IMG/VR virus record: IMGVR_UViG_3300032038_000005
Coordinates: 64,001 to 128,000 of that record
Origin: a virus
Lineage: Duplodnaviria > Caudoviricetes
Length of the DNA stretch: 64,000 nt
Reading direction: 5' to 3' (one strand)
Shown: piece by piece, positions 39,451 through 52,700 of the stretch
How the letters are laid out: each line of letters starts with the position of its first letter
How positions within the stretch are numbered: position 1 is the first letter of the stretch
The notes under the pieces: generated by a model
Seen by the model: the letters and a program-made list of their open reading frames with translations, nothing else
Told to the model about the DNA's origin: nothing
Database searches by the model: none
Made by a program: the position numbers and the translations under genes

Positions 39451-42400
39451 ATGTTACCGAGTGTTGAAGAGATTAATCAGCGTGTATTAACATTTTTGGA
39501 AACACATGAACAAGATTCTGTATATCATCCAGGTCATAATTTTTATTATGCATTTACGGTGGATGAAAATGATCATATTTGTCAAGAACGATATGGAACA
39601 AATTTGATGACCCGTCGAGGATTTTATCAATCCTATTACGGAATTGCTGTACCATCACCGAATGGAGAAATTACAGATCTTGAGGGAAACGGTTTCGGAA
39701 ATGATTATTATTTGTGGATTGGTTCTGGAGATAATACAACGCCATTAACGTTTACCGATGAACATATGCGGGAGAAAATTGCAAATGTAAGATCTAATGA
39801 CCAAATTGCATATTTAAAAACTGGATATTATAATCCAACACCAGAAAATTTGAATGCGGGATATTTATATACAACATATATGAGCTATTATGGCGTATTT
39901 GATTATCAACTTACATTACCGGATAATGACACACCAACGATTACTGGGCATACGGGTGGTTCTCCATCTGGTAGGACGATTGATGGATCTACTGTCATTG
40001 ACACACGATGGTTGGTGGATGAGACAGATTCTTCTAAACACTATTTCAATATTACAGAAATTGGTTTGGGAGGTAATGTAGATTACAACAATGACCCATT
40101 GAGATACCATATGATTCTACGAGATGAAAATGGTAATCCATCTCCCATTCGGAAGTATTATAATCAGAAATTATTCATTTATATTTATTTCACACAGGTT
40201 GTTCCTGTAACGCCAATGGCAGATGCATGGGGTACAGGGAATTATATATTATATAATCCATTTGCTAATAATAACAATGTCGGTATTAAAATGGAGCCCT
40301 CAATCTGGCAAAATGTGAGAAATGACGGTTACGACAATTTGGTATTTTGGACTCCATCTGGAATGACGAATTGGAAGAGTGGATGTGTGAGTTCTGAAGA
40401 TCAGATGCAGTTATCAAGGACATATTCAGAAGATACAAATGGCAATCAATTTGTAACATGGTCAGATTTCGGAATACCAAATTTACTAATTGAAGATCCT
40501 AAAATATATGTGTCATATGTGTATTTCTATTCTCCGATGGCATTGAGTTGGTACACCACTACCGTGTATAAAGTTTTGATGACCTTCGATGAATTAGATA
40601 CACCAGAAGAAATTGTTGCAGTTGTTTATACAAATGACTTATCATCCAATCGATTCGATGATCAATTTGGTCAACCAAAAGACACACTGAATCGAAATGG
40701 AATGCTACCGATGTTGGGTCTGCACACGATAGAATCTTTAAGAATGTTTAATATCGAAACAAATGAATTCGATATTGATGTCCCCTTTTATTTTAAATTA
40801 CATGATAATACGGGAACATTCTTTAATATGACATGGATGAGACTTCGTACAGAATGGACATTGTTTGCATGTCCCGATGGTGTAAAGCGGAATGTCTACG
40901 TGTATTTTAATTACATGGCAGGAAATGGTGGTTACAAACCATATCAGTCCATTGATCATTTTACAAATGTAGGATTAACATTGTTTGCTTCAGACACTCC
41001 ATGGAATACTGACACATGGACACAGTTTTACAATATCAATGCATGTGGATCAGAAACGGATGCAAATGATAATTTACTTGTTAAGAAAAGATATTTCATA
41101 TGCTACTCCGATGTGGATTTGTGGTTTACATTCAAGGATGATGATTATCCAAAAATTGCAACAACAACAACAAATATTACTAACATTGATTTTGATTATC
41201 ACGGTATGATGATAGGTGACGATACCACTGATAAAAAATATATCGTTATTGGTTCAACATTGATGAAATTGAATAATGATTTATCTGTCAAGAAATTTAT
41301 TTATCAACAAACTGCTGATGACATGTCTCCATACATGTGCGGAACTTGTGGGTCCAAATATTGGTATGTCAATGAAAACGATCACTGTGCAATTACCATT
41401 GTTGATACAAATCCCACAGACAATACAAAAGACATTAAGTATATTATCATCAATGCATTAAAAGATGACGGTGGTTTAGTAAATAACGGTGGAGTCACAC
41501 ATACAAACAATGATCGTTTCATTATTACAGAATATAAGAATAATACCACAAATCAAATATTATTAATCGATCTTGCGAGTGAGGAACTTCAAACATTATT
41601 AGATGATGAAACAATTACTGTTTATGATCATAATGATTGGGAAGATTTCACATTAGGTTATAATACTTATTATAGACTGACAGATGTTACAAATAATCCA
41701 ATTCCATTTGAAAAAGATGGGAAACTGATAAGTGTTATCGTATATGACAAAAGTACCCGTAAGAAGCTTGATGTTATGCTGACATTAAAATTGCTGAAGG
41801 AGAACAAACAAGAAGTTGCAGAAACTATTTATCAACAAAACACAAATTTTGGTACTGGTTTCTTTACAACAACAAATGAGAATGTGAAGTATCTCGATCT
41901 GTATACAGATCGAGATTCAGTAACTGATGAAAATACTGAAACACGGATCATCACTTATGATAATCCAAACAAAGTACTTCCTATTATTAAAAATGCAAGA
42001 AAAGGATTTTGTATCCAAGGTACAAATTTGATGGTTTATAATGATACAACAGACGAAGTAGATATGCATACATGGAATGTGATTGATATGAGAGATCCAT
42101 TGGATGAAAATGGTGATCCAAAAGTGATTGATTATTTCACCATCAATCCAGATTTAATTGGAAATCAATTCTATGATGGAATGGGATTTGGTTCTCATGT
42201 TTATGTTGTTATTACAAATAAGATGACAAATACATTATGTACATTTTATTATGATATGACAACCCATTCCAATAGTGCAGTTATTGCTGAAGATATCAAC
42301 TTAAATATCCTCAATTCACCAGGCGACTATTCAAGTTCAGTCACCTATACTCCACAATATGTGGGAAATGAGAAATGTTTAGTCATTAAAACAGCTGATG

Positions 42401-42918
42401 GTGATCAATGGTTGCGTTATATTAAATATGATGACCCATTCCATGTCAATGGAATCTACCTGAATATTCCACGAAATAAAATTAAATTACAATTAAAAGA
42501 GATTGATTATGGGAATAATAAGAAACAGTTATTGTTGGCATATCACTATCCATATGTCAACAATTCTTTAGGCAGACAAGTATATGACATGGGATGCTTT
42601 TTAGCAGGTGTTGGATATGAAGATAGTGAAGGAAGTGGATACTTCAATAGTTCCGACGATAAAGGATACAATTATTGTATGTTATTTGATAATGGAATCG
42701 TTACATTGGATGGGATAAATAATTCCAATAACGAAAGTAGATTGATTTTATCACCAATTGCACGATGGGTTCCACTTCAATTAACTGGTACGACAAAATG
42801 TATCCAGGCATATAACAATCCCATTTTGTTATCTGGAAAATCTTATACTTGGCAATATACAAACCATATGAGTTATATTGGATTATCCGACGACGGTGCT
42901 TCCGTTTATGAAGAATGA
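39451..42918 (+). CDS. Putative tail fibre/baseplate-associated protein (paralog B)
   Basis: Shares TVD...YGxNxxTxxGF, (V/I)TExGxG and PxxLxGTTxxIxAxN with the 36082 ORF. Confidence 0.6.
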   Translation: MLPSVEEINQRVLTFLETHEQDSVYHPGHNFYYAFTVDENDHICQERYGTNLMTRRGFYQSYYGIAVPSPNGEITDLEGNGFGNDYYLWIGSGDNTTPLTFTDEHMREKIANVRSNDQIAYLKTGYYNPTPENLNAGYLYTTYMSYYGVFDYQLTLPDNDTPTITGHTGGSPSGRTIDGSTVIDTRWLVDETDSSKHYFNITEIGLGGNVDYNNDPLRYHMILRDENGNPSPIRKYYNQKLFIYIYFTQVVPVTPMADAWGTGNYILYNPFANNNNVGIKMEPSIWQNVRNDGYDNLVFWTPSGMTNWKSGCVSSEDQMQLSRTYSEDTNGNQFVTWSDFGIPNLLIEDPKIYVSYVYFYSPMALSWYTTTVYKVLMTFDELDTPEEIVAVVYTNDLSSNRFDDQFGQPKDTLNRNGMLPMLGLHTIESLRMFNIETNEFDIDVPFYFKLHDNTGTFFNMTWMRLRTEWTLFACPDGVKRNVYVYFNYMAGNGGYKPYQSIDHFTNVGLTLFASDTPWNTDTWTQFYNINACGSETDANDNLLVKKRYFICYSDVDLWFTFKDDDYPKIATTTTNITNIDFDYHGMMIGDDTTDKKYIVIGSTLMKLNNDLSVKKFIYQQTADDMSPYMCGTCGSKYWYVNENDHCAITIVDTNPTDNTKDIKYIIINALKDDGGLVNNGGVTHTNNDRFIITEYKNNTTNQILLIDLASEELQTLLDDETITVYDHNDWEDFTLGYNTYYRLTDVTNNPIPFEKDGKLISVIVYDKSTRKKLDVMLTLKLLKENKQEVAETIYQQNTNFGTGFFTTTNENVKYLDLYTDRDSVTDENTETRIITYDNPNKVLPIIKNARKGFCIQGTNLMVYNDTTDEVDMHTWNVIDMRDPLDENGDPKVIDYFTINPDLIGNQFYDGMGFGSHVYVVITNKMTNTLCTFYYDMTTHSNSAVIAEDINLNILNSPGDYSSSVTYTPQYVGNEKCLVIKTADGDQWLRYIKYDDPFHVNGIYLNIPRNKIKLQLKEIDYGNNKKQLLLAYHYPYVNNSLGRQVYDMGCFLAGVGYEDSEGSGYFNSSDDKGYNYCMLFDNGIVTLDGINNSNNESRLILSPIARWVPLQLTGTTKCIQAYNNPILLSGKSYTWQYTNHMSYIGLSDDGASVYEE

Positions 42919-42926
42919 ATATCGTA

Positions 42927-42950
42927 ATACGGGGGCATATGCCCCCGTAT
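42927..42950. repeat. GGGGCATATGCCCC palindrome
   Basis: ATACGGGGGC-ATAT-GCCCCCGTAT. Confidence 0.75.
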
Positions 42951-42967
42951 CTATTTATCTTAATTTT

Positions 42968-42996
42968 CGTATATATAATATTAATATGATATGAAA
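42968..42996 (+). promoter_or_regulatory. Putative phage early promoter motif, copy 3
   Basis: CGTATATATAATATTAATATGATATGAAA. Confidence 0.6.
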
Positions 42997-43041
42997 ATAT
43001 CAAAATGATTTATCTGTAATGATGAAAGGAGAGAAATCCAT

Positions 43042-43728
43042 ATGACAGAAAATCAAAGAATTACCAAAATACTGGATGACACAGTTCAGCATGGTGGTAA
43101 AATTGTCATTGGTACAGATTGGCACCTGTATCAATATGATAAGAAAACTGGGGTTATCGCAGTCAACCCCACTGCCAAAGCCAACATTCAGTTGGCAAAG
43201 AGCCTCTTGTCCGAGAGAGACCTGTTTCTGTTCCTCGGCGATATTGCTGACGCCGAATATAATGGAGTAGAAGCAGAAGCCAATATCAGAGATATCTTTG
43301 CACAGTTTAACTGTAAGAAGATTCTGGTATTAGGAAATAACGACAGAATCGGAAATGATGATTTACCGGAAGAACGCAGAACTGGTTTCTACGAAACAGT
43401 TTTCGATTATGTTGTTACATGCTTCGTTTGGAGGAGCATGTTATTCAGTCATTGCTCCATGGCCGGTAATGATGAAACATTAAACATACATGGCCATATG
43501 CACCGGATGGGAACGGCAACCCGGAATATCACCTACTATGGTAGGTTTGATAATCAAGTGAATGTTTGTGCACTCGGACGTACAACAACACTTGATGAAG
43601 TATTAAAATTATCCACGTACTGGAGACACATGGCGGGAGTATCCGAAGGGCAGGAGAAGCCCGGATTCACGTCATGGTTAATCTACCAGGCGTGGAAAGA
43701 ATATCGAAAAATCAAGAATGCCGGGTAA
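43042..43728 (+). CDS. Calcineurin-like metallophosphoesterase
   Basis: TDWH, LGD, GNND, FSH and IHGHMH motifs. Confidence 0.85.
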   Translation: MTENQRITKILDDTVQHGGKIVIGTDWHLYQYDKKTGVIAVNPTAKANIQLAKSLLSERDLFLFLGDIADAEYNGVEAEANIRDIFAQFNCKKILVLGNNDRIGNDDLPEERRTGFYETVFDYVVTCFVWRSMLFSHCSMAGNDETLNIHGHMHRMGTATRNITYYGRFDNQVNVCALGRTTTLDEVLKLSTYWRHMAGVSEGQEKPGFTSWLIYQAWKEYRKIKNAG

Positions 43729-43749
43729 TCCCGGCATTCTCTTTTTTTT
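43715..43749 (+). terminator. Intrinsic terminator
   Basis: AGAATGCCGGG-TAAT-CCCGGCATTCT plus T-tract. Confidence 0.8.
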
Positions 43750-43753
43750 ATTT

Positions 43754-46700
43754 TTAGCCTTTGGCTAATCTTTGGATTGATGTTGGAATATCATTATTTG
43801 GAAACAATGACCCATTGTGATTTGAACCTGTCGGAACAGTTGTTGTCTTTTTAGAATCTGTGATACGATCCATCTTGTCAATAATTTGTGTCAACAACTC
43901 TTCGACTTGTACTGCACGAACATTGTACGTATGATTCAACACTCGTTCCATTATGATGTCTTGGTTCTCATCCGATTTCTGAATGATGATATGATTATTT
44001 GTAATCACGGGTGCAGTTTCATCCGGCGTTTTCCATGTTCCCGTTTCATTATCATAATATCCCCATGCCATCGTATCAGTAGAACCATTTGTGGGTACAA
44101 TATCAGACGGATATGTCTTATTGGAAACATATTGTGAAACTTTCGATTCATCGATTTCTGGAATATCAATGCTTGACACGTCACCGCTACCAGCAATCGC
44201 CGAATTAACGACATTCAAAATATCATTTGTTCTATCGAAGATGTAATTGCCAGGACAAGACTTTTCACCTTTCTTCTTGAACATCCTATGATATGTCCAT
44301 GTACCATCTGTACCGTCGCCATTATAACCATCACCAGTTGCAGTATAGCTGAATCCAGGAATATTATTTCTTTTTGCGACATCGACCGTTAAGTTGATTG
44401 CAGACTGTAACGCAGCATCGGAAATTGCCCATGTCTCGTCACCATTCTGTTTCCATCTCTGATATTCACCGGGTGCATTTGAAATCTCCAAAGTTACGGC
44501 TTGTTCATCATTCGTTTTGGAAGATGATGTAAAGGAACCCAATCCTTCATCAATCCATCGACCAATCTTACCATCATTGGTAATTCCATAGTTAACAGAA
44601 ACTTTCGCATCTGTTCTGCCTTTGAAGGTGTTCTCCAATGAACTTAAATCATCAGAAGAACCTGCCCATGTATGCCATGTGACTTTCTTGATTCCATTTG
44701 GTCTTGTATAATGATAATTTGCAACAGAAGTATGCATATCTTGCGCCAATCCAGAGTTTGTATATCCAGGAACAGAAGAAGCGGCAGGAGCTGCAGTTCG
44801 TGTGATACCTCTCACATTAATTCCCGGACCACCTGGAAGTGTTCCTGTTGACATTAATGAGGATGCAACAGGACGAATCACATATGCATACGCAGAATCT
44901 GAGCCATTGTATTCCAATGTTGGTAAACTCTTTGCGGCAGTTGCCATGTCTGTACCACTCAACATACTCTTTGCAGCACCTTGTGTTGCCACAATCGCAT
45001 CATCATGTCCAAAGTTCCAACCCTTGAATGAACCATCTACCATTCCATATGCGATTTCACCATGTCCATTACGAACGACGATATCACCAGGTTGTACGGT
45101 TGATGCGTTTACTTCAGAACCCCATTTCAATGCTTCGAAGTCAGGAGAATTGGTTCCATCTTTCTTAATAGGATTCTTTGAATTACTTGCCGCAGACACC
45201 AAGGCATTGCTTTGTACATTGCCAATGTCATATCCTAAATAATCCAATGGGAATTGAATTAGACCGGTGCAGTCGGGTCGACCATGAATGGTTTTACCAC
45301 CCAATTCAATTGTTGTATTACCCCCCATATGATAAGTATGCAGTCCAGCTTCATCTGTGGCTTTGACTGTCTTGTTGAGTGTGTTAATCCATGTTCCAGG
45401 ATTCAATCCACCACCAGTTCCGGATGTAGATGTTGCCAAACCACTAGATGGCACGTAGTTGTACATACCACCAATAGAACCAGCAGCGAAATTACTGAAT
45501 GAGAATCCATTCCCCATTGAGTTTCTGGAGATTCCCGTAAATCCCAAATCTGACATGTTCCAGTTCAATGCTGTTGGTGTTTTACCAATGTTCATACCAG
45601 GATTCATCGTACCGTTAGATGCTGGTAAATATGAAGATGTCACAGATGTTCCATTTGGAATTGTTACTCCAGACCCATCCCAATTCTTGAATTCATCATA
45701 TACTTCTTGTGCATATCGTTTTCGTTGAGAGCTGGCTTGGCCATTACATCTCTCAAATTTATTCATCCAATCAGTTGCTGCACCAACAACATTTGTTGCA
45801 TCCTTTACAATCATCGCATTTTTTTCTGAGGATTCCAATTCGGATCTCATGAAATCCAGTTGCATCGGTAGATCAGCAATGGATGTACCTTTCTCTTTTG
45901 AGAACTTCATTAAGTTGACGGAACGGTCACCGAGCCATTGTGCAATACCATAGGGATCATTTTTACCAATTGGCCATGATGTCGCATTATCAATCGTTTG
46001 CGTCACTTCAAGGTTTGTGCTATCTGGAGCAGAGTGATCTTTTCCACCACGGCTGGCAAGATATACCGCCATCGGATAGAATCCGGATTCTGCTTTCAGG
46101 TTACCCATGACACCGGCAGTACCTTCTTTTGTGAATCCCATGGTCTCTGTCAAGTATTTCCAAATCACTTTCTTATTATAAGCTTGATCGGAATATTGTT
46201 CATAAGCAGTTGTTCCACCTGACCCTTCACCAATCCGAGATTCATCAATTTTCTCTTCTGACTGGTACTCATAACTGGATTCATTTTGTGGTGATGCAGA
46301 ATATAATTTGAAATAGGTTAATGGATTGATGTGTTCATCTTCTGGTGATTTGATTTCGTAATGTACATGTTCACCGTGAGAATCACCGGTATTACCAATG
46401 ACACCGAGTGACACGCCACCATCAATGGCATCGCCAATTTTAACCGTAGGATTATTGCGCATATGTGCATATCGATGACGATATCCGGCGGTATCCATAA
46501 ATTCAACGGAATTTCCCCAACCACCATCATCGACAGTGTTGTATGGGGATTCCGGATTACCTTTGCCAGCATATCGAACGTCTGTGATCGTACCACCTGT
46601 AATCGCACGCAAATCGGCTTTACCACTTGTCATGATGGACTTTGGATATGCCAAAATGTCAACACCAGTATGCTTATCACCAGTAGATCCTTCACCAGTT

Positions 46701-49700
46701 GTGTCTGGTGTATCTCGTTTGGTATACCAGTTTCCATTCTTGGAGAAGACATATTCCGTTTCCGCATTTGATGTCTTCCGGAAGAATTCATGAACGGGAG
46801 ATTTCGATTGTGATTTTCCGCCATCTTCTGTAATATTTGTTTCAGTAATTTCTGGTGTGTAATCCATAAACATAATTGCACCACCATCGGACACAAACTT
46901 TCCTTCGTAAGTCTTATCATAAGACGAGATGTTGTTTGTTGAAGTTGTCGTGCCGTTAAGAATACCACCTTGCCATGTGCCAGTTTCATTATTATAGCCA
47001 CCATATGTGGTAGAGCCAGCACCTTCTTGTGCATCGACCATCGTGTTGTATTTCATGGCTTCGATCATGGTCACATTCTCAGAAGCAGCTTTGTTCATCC
47101 ACTTTCTGCGAATATGTTCTGTCCAGCCATTCTTCATTCTGGTCTGATAAGCATCATCACTTTCTCCCTGGTTCTTCGGATTTTCATTCATGTATAATTG
47201 GAATGCAATATCTTCATACGCATCATATTGCTCATTACCGATTTGATTACGCAACTTGTTTTCTTTTTCCTTTTCTTCTTCGATTTCCAATTGAGAAACT
47301 TTTTCTTCTTCATTTGTCAATGAGAAGAAATTAAGGATCTTGCCAAATGTACCAGCTAATGCGGACATGACTTGTTTAAATCCTGATAATGCAGAAGAAC
47401 CTTTTCCAGTGGCACTTGGAGTGGAGACACCGGCAGATTCTGGCATGTACTTCTTATCAGTTGATATATAACCAGTTGCACCACCGGGGTTGGAAGTATA
47501 TGTGAATGAACCTGATGTTGCATCATAGTAGCCATAATTTCCAGTTGTGGTGTCAAATGAGGAACCATCGTCCATCTTATTAACGAGGTCATTATCAATA
47601 TCTGCCGCTGTTTGTTTTTTACCATGTTTATTCAGTTCAGCACCGACAATCTGTTTGAGCACATCTGATGGAATATCACTCTTACTTGATGCTGTGCGTG
47701 TTTTTGGTAATTTCGCACGCAACCATTCTGCCAATCCAGCAGTTGGAGAAGCTGTTCCATCTTGGCATGCATAGGAATATGCTTCCATTAATTCTTGATA
47801 GAAATCTGGGTATCTTGTTTTAATGGTACTGATCCAATCTTGTACGACACCTTTTGTGATCTCAAATGTTTCCCATTGCGTAGTAGCCCTTGCTGATGTG
47901 GCTGATGTTGAAGTTGTTGACGAAGATTTGTTGTATTTATTACATAGATCAGTCCACCAACTTCTGAATCCTGATGAAGAATGCGGATATTTCTTATTAA
48001 TAGGATTGACTCCGTTTAATTGCTGAGAAGCAGAAGTATATACATTAGATTCTGTATTGAGATAATTCGAATAAGATCCAGTATAAAGATTTGGTTGGGC
48101 CTGCTTTAGTCTACCAGCCATTGTTTGCCATGTAATGTTTTCTTTCTTCATTTCCGCTTTAACAGTATCCTGATCCCATTGTCCAGTATAATGATTATCT
48201 TCATTACTGTGTGTTATATCATATAATTTTTCACCATTTGCGACATCTTGATTCCATGCAGCTTTTAGATTGTTCCATGCATTTGCTGCTTGTGATCTTA
48301 AGCTATTCCTTCCATAGTTCTTTTCATACCAATCTGGTCCGGATATATCGAACCATTTAACAATCTGGGTTCCAGATAACCCGAGACCACCCAATGCAAC
48401 TGATTTAGTTGCATACTTATACCAAGCATCCCTCTGTTCTTGTGTCAAATCGTTATAACTGATATCTCCAGATCCATAAATATCAAATAATCCAGTGGAA
48501 ATAGCAGGGACATCTCCAGAACCATATAAGCCAACAACAGATCCGGAAATCAAATCTCCTGTGGATCTTCTTTCAACACGTCCAGTCAATGGATTAGATA
48601 CCAAAGAAGTACCACCAGAAGAACCAACCACATTGACATAGTGTGTGTTTCCTTTGTTAGTGCCAAATCCAGTTCCAGATCCCACAAGTGTAATTGGGTT
48701 ATTCGGTGTTGCTCGTTTCAAGGAGGCATTTGTTACACCACCAACTTGATATCCCATTCCCATAGAAGAAGCGGTGTTCAAGAAACCACCAACACTTGTT
48801 CCACGAGAAGTAGAATAGTTTCCAGATGAGGCCATATGTCCTGCTAATGCGCGAGCACTCACATGACCACCGCGTCTGTTGGCAGCGTCCGCCAGTGCAA
48901 TTGGACCACATCCACGTTGACTCATGTTTAGATAAGAACCATAAGAACCTTGTGAATTTCCAGAGCCATATAATCCATTTGCAGCATATTCACGATATCC
49001 AGATGAATTCGTATTTACAGCTGGAACATTGGAAGCAGAAGATGTTGGTGTATCATTTATCACTTGTGAACTTGTATCGGTTGTTGATTTATCATTTGCT
49101 GATCTATCATTGCTTTCTTCCGTTGTTGTCTGATCGGATATCTGTGAAGTAGCATTTCCTGTATCAGTTGCTGCTTCAGGATATAGAGATGACATATAGA
49201 AATACTTTCCAGTCAATCGTTTTGAAATGGAATTTGCTTGTGATTGTGAGCCTTCTGAAGTGATGACCATGCCATTTGCAGCGATACCAGCGGAAGTTTG
49301 GAATAATGCATTACCAGCGTCCGCTTGTCCAGATGCAATCAATTCCAAGCCAATACCAGCAAGAATTTCACCAACACCAAATTGCAAAGCACCAAGTGTC
49401 ATCTTATTGATGTTGAGATTTTCTTCCAGATTCGGTGCGATGGAACTTCTCACTTTTGATGTCAATGGGATTAAGACATCATTCTTTGTTTCTTTTGTCT
49501 CTTTGACATTTTCTACCAGAGCTTCCATCATCGGTTCGTATACTTTCTTATCGATCTCTTCAATGAATGGTCCAAATTTTCCAACAACAACTTTCGCAAT
49601 ACTTTTCATAAACTTTGCAGTTGTTGCAGATTGCTTTATCATTTCTCGATAAACAGAATCACCCATATCCTCTGATTGTACGGGCGGTGTATCACCAGAA

Positions 49701-52700
49701 CCAACTGTTTCCATGGATGCACCATTGGATTCTGGTACGGATGGAATTGATGGTGTTACCGTAATCGGAGATTCATCAGTGTCCTCGCTCTCATTGTCAG
49801 ATGACTCATTGGAGGTACCATTGATGAGTGATTCCACCTTTTCTGCACCAGTCGATGCAAGATCACTACCGCGGTCAATTAAAGCTTGTCCTTTTTGTTG
49901 GAGTTCATCACCTTTCTTAATCTTGAAGAATGATAAGAGCTCGCCAATTGCCACTTCTATATTACCAAAAAACTCTGTCGCACGTCCAGCAAGATACTCA
50001 ACTGTGCCGCCAAGTCCCTCGATGATTGGGACGATCGCCTTGTCTAATACCCATGAAATTGCTTTTAGCGCAGGAATTGCAACCATATTAATCAAAGACA
50101 TGGTCGCAGGTAAGATTCCCACAATCGCACCCACAATCGATCCAATGGCCGTCCCAAGTGGTTCGAGTAATGCGAAGAATTGAGTAGCAAATTCACCAAA
50201 CACATCGGCTAACGCATTTACTGAACTACTAATAGAGGAGATGAAGTTGCCAATTGATTTTAAAGATTTAACAACAACATTTCCAAGTTGTTTTATAAGA
50301 GGCATTCCAGTTTTTACAAGTAATTCTGTCGGCTTCTTTAATGCATTCAATCCTACTTTAAATACATTTTTTACATAGTTGATCATCGCCTTACCAGCAG
50401 CAGATGCTACTAACAATGTGCCAACAATCTTAGTGACACCTAATGCAATTGTCGCAATGGCTTTACCGGGAGACATGGCACCCGAAATCAATCCTGTTAC
50501 ACCACTTCCAACATCTTTTGCTCCTGATTTCAAACCTTTCGTAATCAGAGGAACAACAACTTTTGTCAATAATAGTTTTAATGGACCCATGAACGCTGAG
50601 ACAAATACTTTGGCAGCTGTTTTTAGAACACCCTTAAGTACTGCACCAGCTGCTGCTGCTTTACCGAAAATCAATTTTGCAATAGGGTTATTATGCTTCT
50701 TTTCTGCTTCTGTTTCTGCAATTCTGGCATTGTCTTTTATACTAGCAATTGTATTTTTTGCGGCATTTTTTGTAAATTGCCAAGCGCCTGTCAATGCTTT
50801 TCCAACCTTTGAATTTTTTATTAACATACCAAGTCTTCGAATTTGTGTCATTTCTGCATCCGAGATTTGACTGTCGTTATTGATTGCAGATTGACCAATC
50901 GCATTCATTGTTCCAACGAGTGCTTCTGTCTCCTCTGGTGAGGCACCCTCTTCACTCTCAGTATTCGACCGTTTGTTTTGATATTGCTCTTTGGCCTCCT
51001 CATAGGTCTGAGGTTTACTCTGTTCTGCTTCTTCTTTTTGGCGTTTCTTCTCCTCTTTTTCCTCTTGCTTTTGTTTTCTCCATTCTTCCCAAGTTTTTGC
51101 TTGTTCTGCTTCTTCTTCTTTACGTCTCTTTTCCTCTTCCTCATAATGTTTATTTCGTGCCTCTCGACGCCTCTGAATTGCTTTGATTTTACTGTCATAA
51201 GCCTCATCTTCTGCTTCTTTTTTCTTCAGAATATTAAGCTCTTTCAGGAGACGTTTTTTTTGCAATGACATGATTTCACTTTCCAATTCTTCCATTGTTT
51301 CAAAGAAAGTGTCATCTGTCATTTTCCCTAACATTGTTGCATGTCGCTTTGCGATCATTGCGAGATCTTGCACACCACCAAACAATTGTTTGCCGCCAAG
51401 CTTTTGTAACCGTTCTGGTGTAAGTTCTTCAGAGTCAAAGGACTCAAATACTCCAGAAGTAGAATCCATTTCTCCAATTGGCAGTTTGGCCTTTGAGAGA
51501 ACCTCTGTTAAAAACTTTTCACGTTGTTTGGAACTGAGGGTACTTGTACCATCTCCACCGAAGACATTGAAAATGGAACGAGGCATTGGAAGAATATTCC
51601 CGGATCCCGTCTCCTCCATAATCTCAGGTGGTGGTACTTCAGGTGGTTCTGCAGGCTCGGGTGGTTGTTGTGACTGTGGGGGTGTTCCTCCTAACAAAGT
51701 AATGATTTGATCCATTCTACTGAATAATTGTGAATGGAATAATGCAGCAGTATCTTGTGTGGCAATCGATCCATCCCTGTTTTTCTTTTCTGGCATGATA
51801 CCTGTGATATGACTAAATAAAGAAGACTTTCCTTCCACACGATTTTCTTGCTGTATGTCCGTTTCGCTATAACGTTTGTCATGTGCACGTTGACGTTGAT
51901 TCAGGCTTAATCCACCATTTTCGCCAGGCTCATCCAAAGCTTTCTCGAAAAGCTCATTTACATGTGCTTCAAATTGTTCTCCTTTTCCTTTCCATCCTTT
52001 TGCTTTTTCTTGTTCAGAGATCTTTTCTCTGAGATCATGTCTTTCTTTATCTAATGCTCTTTGTTGATCATATTCCTCTTTATGTTCTGATTTAATTCCC
52101 ATGATCATATCCAAAGTTGTTACTTGGTGTTGCCTACCCATTCCTCTGCTTTCTAATTGATTTTTCACATCCTCATTATCTTGCCAACCCTCTTTTGTTC
52201 GACGATTGATTTCATCTCGCATTTTACTTAATGCATTATTTTGACCGGTGATACCACGATGTTTTTTATCATCGTCCAACATTTCCATTTTAGCGATCTT
52301 GAGATAATAATCCGATATATTTTCATCCCAATCTAATTGTCTTTTTTCTCTTGCATTAGGAGAAGTCCAATTTTTGAATTCTTTTGTGATATATGACCAG
52401 AATTCATCCGACTTCAAATCTTTATCAATGACAACTTTTGGATTGATATCCTGAAAGTACCATGCTGCAAGTGTCGTAAACAAATCATCAGCATCTGCTT
52501 GATCTTTGTTAATCTTCTCTTTCATTTTTTTTAGAGAAGCATTATCATCATCTTTCGATTGAAACGCCTTATTCATTCTATTGCTGATATCACGACCGAA
52601 TGCACTTCCTTGATATGCTGAAATATTATGCATATTACGAATTTCGTTTTCTCGTTCTCCGTCTTTGTATTCCTTCACATGCCCTTTCATGGAAATGCCA

